From an uncultured Acidobacteriota bacterium (GTDB lineage Bacteria; Acidobacteriota; UBA6911): a stretch of 64,000 nt of DNA. The notes under the pieces are model-generated. The model worked only from the letters and a program-made list of their open reading frames with translations, ran no database searches and was not told the origin of the DNA. The stretch is from NCBI GenBank assembly GCA_963827655.1, contig CAWHCF010000021.1, positions 1-64,000 of the forward strand, in the 5' to 3' direction. Each line of letters opens with the position of its first letter. Positions within the stretch are counted from its first letter, which is position 1. This document shows, piece by piece, positions 40,840-49,138 of the stretch. The translations under genes were made by a program, and so were the position numbers.

Positions 40840-41731
40840 CTTGTTCAAGAATGCTCAGGCTCCTCTGGACCTAACGACCTACGATGGCAGCGGCCAGTGC
40901 GTGCATCCAGACGTCATCGCCATCAATCATGTCTTTTATGACTTCAAATACCTGATGGTGATGGAACCCTATCCGTTTGGCAACGATCTCTTTGAAAACC
41001 CCTCGCTGCTTTGCAGTGATGACGGAATCACCTGGACTGTGGCTCCGGATACAGATTCGCCTCTCGTACCCCCGCCCCAGGACGGCCGCGGTTGGAATTC
41101 AGACGCAGATCTTCTCAATCAGCGGAATCAACAGCTGGCACTCTACTATCGCTATAACAGCGGCGCCGGCGAAACGACCCTGTTCAGGGTCATTACCGCC
41201 AATGGCACCGAATGGAGCGAACCGGAAAGAATCCTCACTTGCGCCATTTCCGGACACTTTGCTTCCCCTGCTCTGGTCGCTCGCGATGGAGAATTCTACA
41301 TGTTCTACGTGGACACCCTGCGAACCTCCATCAATCTCCTCAAGAGCACAGAGGGACGAAACTGGAAAGAAGAAGACCTGGCGTTCACGTTTCCGAACGT
41401 TTGGCATCTTGACGCATTGATTTCCGATGGCGTCTTCTATCTTTTGATTAACGACAAACATCGTCTGTTTCTGGTCAAGAGCGATGATCTCAGGACCTGG
41501 TTTACCTATGACAAAGGCGAGCCGCAGGGAGAGTGTGGACGCTGGAGCAGCCTATCGGGCGCACCCCTGTTGTCTCCGCTGCTATCGCCGTCGCCGACTG
41601 GATGGGACGACGACTTTCTATACCGGAGTACCTTCTTGATCGAAAATGGCGTCCTGAGACTTTGGTACTCCGCCAAATCAAGTGCGAATGTCTGGAGAAT
41701 CGGATACACAGATGGCCGGCTTTGCGCGTAG
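40826..41731 (+). CDS. Putative five-bladed beta-propeller glycoside hydrolase-like protein
   Basis: 'TYDGSGQCVHPDV', 'PYPFGN..ENPS...S.DG..W', 'WDD..LYRS' and 'LWYSA'. Confidence 0.65.
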   Translation: MPRGSLFKNAQAPLDLTTYDGSGQCVHPDVIAINHVFYDFKYLMVMEPYPFGNDLFENPSLLCSDDGITWTVAPDTDSPLVPPPQDGRGWNSDADLLNQRNQQLALYYRYNSGAGETTLFRVITANGTEWSEPERILTCAISGHFASPALVARDGEFYMFYVDTLRTSINLLKSTEGRNWKEEDLAFTFPNVWHLDALISDGVFYLLINDKHRLFLVKSDDLRTWFTYDKGEPQGECGRWSSLSGAPLLSPLLSPSPTGWDDDFLYRSTFLIENGVLRLWYSAKSSANVWRIGYTDGRLCA

Positions 41732-42581
41732 GAAGGTGATCGTCGGTTCCGTCGCCGTACCGCCCTATACCAACTACGGAAATCGGCTGATCGAAGAGTC
41801 GACCTTCAAGCTTCTAGCTTTACCGGAGTCGACCCCCAAGTTTTCGGTCTTTCAGAAAATGACCGATGAATTGCTGGAATTCATCAATTCGCATGAATAC
41901 CTGATCATCACCGGATGCACGACTCTACAGGATGATCCTGGTCACCAGGTTTGCTTTGACTCGCAGTTCGAAAAAATAAAGATCAGGAAGGTCTGCTTTG
42001 GGGGCGCCTTTTACTGCGAGTCGAACGACAATCCTTCGTTGAGGATAGCGAGACTGTATGACACACCGATAGGCGCAAGAGATCCCTGGACTGCCGAATA
42101 TCTGGCGAAGAATCACATCGAGTCCTGCCTGGTTGGCTGCCCGACATTGCTCGAAGGCGCCGATCTGGTGGATTGGAAAGATGATCCGAGCGGGTTTGTT
42201 CTGGTGTCCTCCTCCCCAGAACTGATGCTGGACTATTCCTTTCTTGATGGCAGACGTGTGAGATTCATCAAACACGATTCCTGGTCCCGCGGCGAAGAAC
42301 TGAGGGATTCCAGTCTGTTCGAGGGTGCGTCACTCGTGATAACCGGGCGCCTTCACGCCGCCTTGCCCGCGTTGGCACGGGGGATCAGGGTCAGATTCTA
42401 CGGTCAAGAATACTGGCATCCTGATGTTAAACCTTATTCGTGGGGGAATATGAGATATAGCCTGTTGCAATACCTGAAGCTCGATTTGGAGGGCAACGAA
42501 TGCTCAGCCTACCCGGCAGCGCAGATCAGGCACCTGAGAGATAACTGCGAGAATTGGCTGCTGCAGGTCGCGCGCTCATGA
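41712..42581 (+). CDS. Polysaccharide pyruvyl transferase family protein
   Basis: 'NYGN.LI', 'IGARD..T', 'GCPTL' and 'VITGRLHAALPALA.G'. Confidence 0.82.
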   Translation: MAGFARRKVIVGSVAVPPYTNYGNRLIEESTFKLLALPESTPKFSVFQKMTDELLEFINSHEYLIITGCTTLQDDPGHQVCFDSQFEKIKIRKVCFGGAFYCESNDNPSLRIARLYDTPIGARDPWTAEYLAKNHIESCLVGCPTLLEGADLVDWKDDPSGFVLVSSSPELMLDYSFLDGRRVRFIKHDSWSRGEELRDSSLFEGASLVITGRLHAALPALARGIRVRFYGQEYWHPDVKPYSWGNMRYSLLQYLKLDLEGNECSAYPAAQIRHLRDNCENWLLQVARS

Positions 42582-44413
42582 ACCTCAAGACGAAGTCGGC
42601 TCTCTTTACCGGGGTACTTCCATATCTCTGGCCACACAGAACACAACTGGCGCTGTACCTCGGGATAACCTTCTCAGCCACGCTACTGGAGCTGCTGGGC
42701 CCCTGGCCCATGAAGATTCTGGTCGACAGTGTCCTGGGAGACCACCCGCTGCCCGGCGCCTTAGAACAGATGGCCCGCCCGGTCCTGAACAATAGCAAAA
42801 TCGCCCTTCTCGCCATCACGGTGCTGGCAGGAATCGGGCTGAAATTGGTGCTGTCGCTCCTGAAGGTTTGTAACTCATTCATTTCAGTGACGTGAGGCAG
42901 AAAATTGTTTTGGAGTTAAAGAGCACGCTCTTTTACCACTTACAAAATCAGTCTCTCAGCTTTTACGATCGCCGAAGACTAGGCGATATTGTGTCCCGGG
43001 TAAATAACGATGTATGGGGCATCGATGAGAGCATCCTTACTGTAATGCCTTTGATAGCGGCTTGTATCAGCTTAGCCGGGATGTTCTGGGTGATGGTTTA
43101 CCTGAACTGGCAGCTGGCTCTCGTATCGTTGGCTATCGTGCCGTTGTTCTATGCCACGTATGGGTTTTATTCCAAACGTTTTGACGAGCAGGTAGAAGAG
43201 GTTCAGAGACTGGAAGGTGAATCCGTTTCCATCGTGCAAGAGGTTCTCGCGGGCCTTCGAGTAGTCAAGGCTTTCACGCGGGAGAAGCACGAACACTCGC
43301 GCTTCGTACGTCAAGGGCGCTCTGCGGCAGATGCCCGTATCAGGCTCACAAACCAGCAGGTCATATACTCCGCAACCGTCGGGTTAATCACCACGGCAGG
43401 CACATCCATAGTCCTGGGACTCGGTGCATATCAGATCCTTCGGGGTTCTCTCACGCTGGGCGAACTACTGGTGATGTTGTCCTACCTCGCTTCCGTGTAT
43501 GGGCCTTTGGAGTCTATTAGCACGGCCGCAACCTTTATGCATGGCTATCTGGCGAAGCTGAGGCGGATCTTTGAGATTCTCGACATCGCCTCCCGAGATC
43601 GAGGACAGACCGCGAGCCAAGGCTCTGCCCAGTGCGAAAGGAAGGGTGGTGTTTGAGAGGGTGAGTTTCGCCTATCCCGAACGGGAGTGCGTCTTGCGTG
43701 ACATCAGCTTCAAGGTAGAACCGGGGGAGCTGATTGGAATTGTCGGACCGACGGGCGCCGGAAAGACTACGCTCGTGAGCCTGATTCCCCGCTTCTATGA
43801 TCCCGTCGCAGGTCGCGTCCTTGTAGACGACCGAGACGTCAGGGATGTCCGCGTCAAATCTTTGCGACGGCAGATAAGCAGCGTTCTTCAGGAGTCGATT
43901 CTGTTTTGGGGCACGATTCAAGAGAACATCCAGTATGGAAGGCTCGAAGCGACCCAGGAGGAGGTGATCGAGGCCGCCAAGCTCGCCAATGCGCACGAGT
44001 TCATCAGTCAACTCCCTGAAGGATATGCAACGCACGTCGGCGAGCGAGGTCTGACGTTGTCCGGAGGTGAGAAGCAGCGGCTCTCCATCGCACGCGCGTT
44101 TCTGAGAAATGCTCCGATACTGATTCTGGATGAACCGAGCTCGGCCCTCGATGCGCTGACAGAGTCTCAGCTGCTGGAAGCGATTGAGCGCCTCATGAAG
44201 GGTCGTACGACTTTTATTATCGCCCATCGGCTCTCCACCCTTCGCAGTGCCAACCGGATTCTCGTGCTAGACCACGGCGAGATCGTTGAGCAGGGGGTCC
44301 ACTCCGAGTTGATCGAGCGGGCCGGGCTCTATGAAAGCCTCTATCGACACCAGACCGAATTTGCCGGCGCGCAATCCCGTCCTGATTCGGAGCCGTCTCG
44401 AGGTGATTGGTGA
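42578..44413 (+). CDS. MsbA-like ABC exporter, permease + ATPase (frameshifts near 42890 and 43590)
   Basis: TM domain, GPTGAGKT Walker A, LSGGEKQR signature, ILILDE and IAHRLST. Confidence 0.92.
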
Positions 44414-45600
44414 GCAAGAACCTTCAGCTGGTAGTGCTGGGAATCATGGGCCGGATGCCATTTGCAGGTGTCGCGTGGCAGACCTTGCATTACCTTGAGG
44501 GTTTCCGGCGGTTGGGCTGTGATGTCTATTACGTCGAAGACACGTCGGACTGGCCGTACGACCCGGAGAAAAACGCGATCACAGGAGACTGCAGCTACAC
44601 CGTTCGGTACCTTGAGCGGCTCATGACCTGGTTGGGCATGGCGGATCATTGGGCCTACCGCTCGGCGGCTGACGGCGGCCGCACCTTCGGCCTCTCGGAA
44701 CCTCAGGTCTCGCAACTGTTCGATCGAACGGAAGTTCTGGTCAATCTTTGTGGAGCGACGCGGTTGCGCGATGAGCACCTCGGTGTTCCGGTTCGAATTT
44801 ATCTCGAGACAGATCCCGTCGTACCCCAGATCGAGGTCGCACAAGGCCGCGCATTTACTATCGATCTGCTGGGCGCTCATACACACCATTTCACATATGG
44901 GGAGAGCCTCGGTTGTCCCGATTGCGACGTGCCCCTGGACCGGTTCGAGTACCAAGCGACACGGCAGCCGATCATTCTTGATTGGTGGACCTCGCCTCAC
45001 TCGAACGGGAAGAAACCGCCGCCACCCGCCGGTTGCTTCACCACCATCGCCAACTGGTATCAATCGGGCAAGAACATCCAGTGGAACGGCGAGACCTATA
45101 CTTGGAGCAAGCATCTCGAGTTCTTGAAATTCATCGATCTCCCGCGCAGGACGCAGGACCGGCTTGAGTTGGCTCTCGCCAGCGTAGATACCGAAGCGGT
45201 CCGGATGCTGACAGCGCACGGATGGCAAATCGCTGACGCAATGGCTCTCTCGAAAGACATCTTACCCTACCGAGACTATATTCTCGGCTCGCGCGCAGAA
45301 TTCACAGTGGCCAAGGATCAGAACGTTCGACTGCGCTCGGGCTGGTTCAGCGACCGGAGTGCCTGTTACCTGGCTGCCGGTCGACCCGTAATCACACAGG
45401 AGACGGGTTTCAGCCGCTTGTTTCCCACCGGCAAGGGGCTCTTTGGCTTCACGAAAATGGATGAAATCCTGGCGGCGGTGGAGGCGATCGCGAGCGATTA
45501 CGATGGAAATTGTCACTCAGCCCGTGCCCTGGCAAGCCGAGTATTTCGCTGCAGAAAAAGTGCTTGGCCGTCTACTGGCAAGGGCTGGCCTGTGACGTAA
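44410..45600 (+). CDS. GT-B glycosyltransferase-like protein (CgeB-like; 3' frameshift near 45535)
   Basis: 'P.AGVAWQ.LHY..G', 'TDP..PQ', 'SRAEFTVAK' and 'GWFSDRSACYLAAGRPVITQETGF'. Confidence 0.75.
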   Translation: MSKNLQLVVLGIMGRMPFAGVAWQTLHYLEGFRRLGCDVYYVEDTSDWPYDPEKNAITGDCSYTVRYLERLMTWLGMADHWAYRSAADGGRTFGLSEPQVSQLFDRTEVLVNLCGATRLRDEHLGVPVRIYLETDPVVPQIEVAQGRAFTIDLLGAHTHHFTYGESLGCPDCDVPLDRFEYQATRQPIILDWWTSPHSNGKKPPPPAGCFTTIANWYQSGKNIQWNGETYTWSKHLEFLKFIDLPRRTQDRLELALASVDTEAVRMLTAHGWQIADAMALSKDILPYRDYILGSRAEFTVAKDQNVRLRSGWFSDRSACYLAAGRPVITQETGFSRLFPTGKGLFGFTKMDEILAAVEAIASDYDGNCHSARALASRVFRCRKSAWPSTGKGWPVT

Positions 45601-45615
45601 GATGAAGACCGACAC

Positions 45616-46620
45616 ATGCGCATTGGGTTAGTCTCGACCATGAGGACTGCCGTTCCGCCTCGGAAGGCAGGTTCAGTGGAACTCATAGTCGGGCTGATGG
45701 CAGAAGAACTTGCCCGCCGTGGACATGAGGTCACGGTCTTCGGACCGGAGGACTCTCGGGTTTCGACGCGCGTGATATCCCTGCTTCCGAAGGGCTACCA
45801 TCACGACCCGACAATCTGGGATTGGCAACTGGCGGAGTTTATGCAGATGGGACTCGTGTATGAGCACGCAGCGGAGTTTGACGTCATCAACAGCCACGTC
45901 TATTGCTATGCCCTCCCATTCACTCGCCTGGTTAAGACCCCGACGGTTCACACTTTTCATATTTGCCCGACGCCAGACTTCCTGCGCTTTTGCAGGATGT
46001 ACCCGGATGGCTCCTACGTGCTGATTTCGGAGTTTCAGCGCAGGTTTTTCGACGGCGTACGGATCTCTGGCGTGGTCTACAACGGAGTTGACACCGCATC
46101 CTTCCCCTTCAACCCCGAACCTGGAAGCTATTGCGTTTACCTCGGCGATTTCCGCCCGGATAAAGGCCCGCTGGAGTCCATCCGGGCTGCACGAAGCGCG
46201 GGAATTCCAATCCGGCTTGCCGGACCCGAATCGGAATACTTCCATCAGATGATCAAGCCTGAGCTCGATGGGTTCAATGTTGAATATGTGGGTGAGGTTG
46301 ACCACGCCGGCAAAGTCGCCCTTCTCGGCGATGCGTTAGCCATGCTGTTTCCGGTCAGCGGACTGGAGGCTTGTCCACTCGTACTACTGGAATCTATGGC
46401 GTGTGGGACTCCCGTCTTGGCGATCGATAGCGGGCCGGTGCCGGAGATCGTGACCCAGGGAGTCGGAGGTATCTATGTCGGGGAGCTGGCCTCGCTGGAA
46501 GAGCAGTTGAAGCATATCGACAAGCTCGACCGGTCCGCCGTCCGTCGCCTGGCCGTCGAGCGTTTTGATGTCTCGCGCATGGTAGACGATTATCTTCGTA
46601 TCTTTGAGCTTGTCGCGTGA
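45616..46620 (+). CDS. GT4 family glycosyltransferase
   Basis: 'VPP...GSVE', 'RGHEVTVF', 'VYNGVD', 'KG' and 'EACPLVLLESMACGTPV' (E-x7-E). Confidence 0.9.
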   Translation: MRIGLVSTMRTAVPPRKAGSVELIVGLMAEELARRGHEVTVFGPEDSRVSTRVISLLPKGYHHDPTIWDWQLAEFMQMGLVYEHAAEFDVINSHVYCYALPFTRLVKTPTVHTFHICPTPDFLRFCRMYPDGSYVLISEFQRRFFDGVRISGVVYNGVDTASFPFNPEPGSYCVYLGDFRPDKGPLESIRAARSAGIPIRLAGPESEYFHQMIKPELDGFNVEYVGEVDHAGKVALLGDALAMLFPVSGLEACPLVLLESMACGTPVLAIDSGPVPEIVTQGVGGIYVGELASLEEQLKHIDKLDRSAVRRLAVERFDVSRMVDDYLRIFELVA

Positions 46621-46826
46621 CGGGCGCCCGGTCGCTGGATGTACGGGCTGCCGCCAGGACTCTTCTCAAAGATCGCGCCAGCCTTTACCTTGAAGGCAGG
46701 TTCTGCCTCACATAAGATTTTGTTATTCAAAAACGCGGGACGAAAGGACTCGAAGCATTCGAAGAACCTGAATAACGTGACACAACTTTTCGACACCTCC
46801 TGGCCCATCACCTCTTGCGGATCTTG

Positions 46827-48488
46827 ATGAGACACCTGAGCTTCGTCACTAGAATCTGGACTTATCTGTGGCAAGAGCGACTACCTTTGCTCATCATTCT
46901 CGGCTGCTTTATTTTCTCCGGTTTTCTTGTCTCACCACTACGCAACGTCCCGCTCATTGATGATTGGACCTACGTCTGGAGCGTTGAAAATCTAATCAAG
47001 ACAGGTCACCTGGCTGTGCTGGACTGGAATGGCCACTACCCAATTTTACAAATTCTCCTGGGGGGTCTCGTTTCTCTCTTGTTTGGTTTCTCGTTTGGTG
47101 TACTCAGGGTCTTGACTGTCTCACTGGCCATTGTCGGCTGCATGGCGCTATATCTAACTCTGCGTGAGGCTGAGCTGGACCGCGAACGCAGCCTGCTCGG
47201 CGCCCTGACCCTTGCGGTCAACCCGGTATTCTTCTGCTTGAGCTTCTCATTCATGACGGATGTTCCGTTTTTGAGCATGATGACGATCGCCCTGCTGTTC
47301 TATGTTGCAGGAACCAGGCGCGAAAGCCAGGCGTTGCTATGGATGGGGAGCTTATTTGCGGTGGCCGCATTTCTTTCAAGGCAGATCGGCTTTATCATCC
47401 CGCTGGTCCTGGTCCCCTGCCTGGTGAAGCGCAAAACGGGGCAACCGGGGTTGTGGAAAAAACTTATGCCGCTCGCGGCTTCCCTGAGCGTCATGGGAGT
47501 CTTGTGGCTGTGGATGTTGAAGAGTCTGGGCAGCACCAGCGTCATAGCGAAGAAAGTGCAGGAAATGCGGTACCTGTTCTTGATCAGTCCCGGAGAATAC
47601 CTGGATTTCAATATGGGACTGCTGCTTAACGTGACGTTCGCAGTTTTTCCACTGCTGATTGCCGGAATTGTTTTCAGGCCAAGATGGTGGCCCCTTGCTG
47701 TTGCGCTCTTGACGATCGGCGGCGCATTGCTGCTGCAGATACGCTTCGGCGAGGTGCCGTCTCCTATATCCGATCGGGGGACCTGGAGCTTGCAAGAGCT
47801 CGCCGATGTACGCGGTCTGATCCAGGGAAGTCTGACCGCGCCAGGGCCGCTTGACCGGTTCTCTTTACCAATCAGCGCGCTCATGCTGACTTCAGCTTCG
47901 ATTCTGGCCGCCGGCACTCTGCGCCTCTTTATCAAGGCTCGAGGCAGGATGAGTCGACCGACAATGATTATTATGACAATCGGATTATTGCACTTTATTC
48001 TCATCAACGCGCTATGGTTCTACCATGATCGATATTACCTGGTGCTGCTGCCCTCACTTATCTTTCTATCCTTGAAACTCACCGCTAAAACTGGATTCTC
48101 AAGGAGCGTGGCCTTGAGCGGCATTCTCATGTTGGGCTTCGTTTCCGTTTCCGGAACGTGGGATGCTCTGCGCTTCAACCAGGCCTGCCTGGAGGCGTTT
48201 CACTACCTGCGGAGTGCCGGGGCCCCGGTTGCCGAAATAGATGCGGGATATTCCATTACAGGCTGGATGCTTTACGCCCATCCTGAAAACTTGCCACCGG
48301 CTGCCAACCCGGCTGAAGATGTCCCGTGGATAACATCGAACGAGAAGTTGCCTTATGTCATTTCAAATACGCCTCTCCCTGGGCATAAGGTCCTCAAAGA
48401 ATTCTCCTGGAATGGGTCTCTGTGGGCCGTTTCAAATACTGTGTACGCCCTGCACAAGCAAGATAGCGGAGTGAATACGGTCCCGTGA
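46827..48488 (+). CDS. GT-C (ArnT/PMT-like) integral membrane glycosyltransferase
   Basis: 'VPLIDDWTY', 'SFMTDVPF' and 'DRYYL'; more than 10 TM helices. Confidence 0.8.
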   Translation: MRHLSFVTRIWTYLWQERLPLLIILGCFIFSGFLVSPLRNVPLIDDWTYVWSVENLIKTGHLAVLDWNGHYPILQILLGGLVSLLFGFSFGVLRVLTVSLAIVGCMALYLTLREAELDRERSLLGALTLAVNPVFFCLSFSFMTDVPFLSMMTIALLFYVAGTRRESQALLWMGSLFAVAAFLSRQIGFIIPLVLVPCLVKRKTGQPGLWKKLMPLAASLSVMGVLWLWMLKSLGSTSVIAKKVQEMRYLFLISPGEYLDFNMGLLLNVTFAVFPLLIAGIVFRPRWWPLAVALLTIGGALLLQIRFGEVPSPISDRGTWSLQELADVRGLIQGSLTAPGPLDRFSLPISALMLTSASILAAGTLRLFIKARGRMSRPTMIIMTIGLLHFILINALWFYHDRYYLVLLPSLIFLSLKLTAKTGFSRSVALSGILMLGFVSVSGTWDALRFNQACLEAFHYLRSAGAPVAEIDAGYSITGWMLYAHPENLPPAANPAEDVPWITSNEKLPYVISNTPLPGHKVLKEFSWNGSLWAVSNTVYALHKQDSGVNTVP

Positions 48489-48552
48489 GAGCTGCGCACA
48501 ACCACGGACGGATCGAGGGACTCAAGTCCCGCAAATTCTGAGGGACATCAGC

Positions 48553-49038
48553 ATGAATTCGCCTGAGGAAAGCGTCCTCGAGGCGCTACGGAATCTCGGC
48601 GTGCCCTATGAGGCGATCGAGATCGATCCGGCCTTCGCGGACACGGCCGCATTCTGCGAGAAGTATAGGTATCCCGTGGAGCGCGCGTGCAACACCATCA
48701 TCGTGGCCTCGAAAAAGGAGCCGAAGAAATTCGTTGCCTGCGTCGTGCTGGCCGATACGCGCCTCGACGTAAACAAGCGGGTCACGAAGCTGATGGGTGT
48801 TCCGAAAGCGTCTTTCGCCTCCGCTGATGAAATGATGGCGCTGACCGGCATGCTGGTCGGTGGAGTGACGCCCTTCTGTCTGCCACCCGGAATTCCTCTT
48901 TACGTCGATGACCGCATCATGGCGCTCGACTGGATCATTCTCGGCGGCGGCGGCCGCAGCCTGAAGGTCAAGATATCTCCCGCGGTGTTTGAAAAGCTCG
49001 GCGCCGAAGTGATTTTCGATTTAGGATTTAGGATCTAG
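48553..49038 (+). CDS. YbaK/ProX aminoacyl-tRNA deacylase family protein
   Basis: 'DP.FADTA.FC', 'KASFA', 'TGM.VGGVTPF' and 'GGG.RS.K'. Confidence 0.88.
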   Translation: MNSPEESVLEALRNLGVPYEAIEIDPAFADTAAFCEKYRYPVERACNTIIVASKKEPKKFVACVVLADTRLDVNKRVTKLMGVPKASFASADEMMALTGMLVGGVTPFCLPPGIPLYVDDRIMALDWIILGGGGRSLKVKISPAVFEKLGAEVIFDLGFRI

Positions 49039-49136
49039 GGCTCTATCTGGTGGTCTGGCGGGTTACACTAAAACTTGCGCTGAATCCTGAATCCCTGGGT
49101 TTTGCCTGAATCCTAAATCCTGAATCCTAGATCCTG
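49018..49136. repeat. Heptamer-arm palindromic repeat element (copy 4)
   Basis: taggatt/taggatc arm, core TGGTGGTCTGG (reverse complement CCAGACCACCA), aatcctg/aatccta/gatcctg arm. Confidence 0.85.
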
Positions 49137-49138
49137 GC

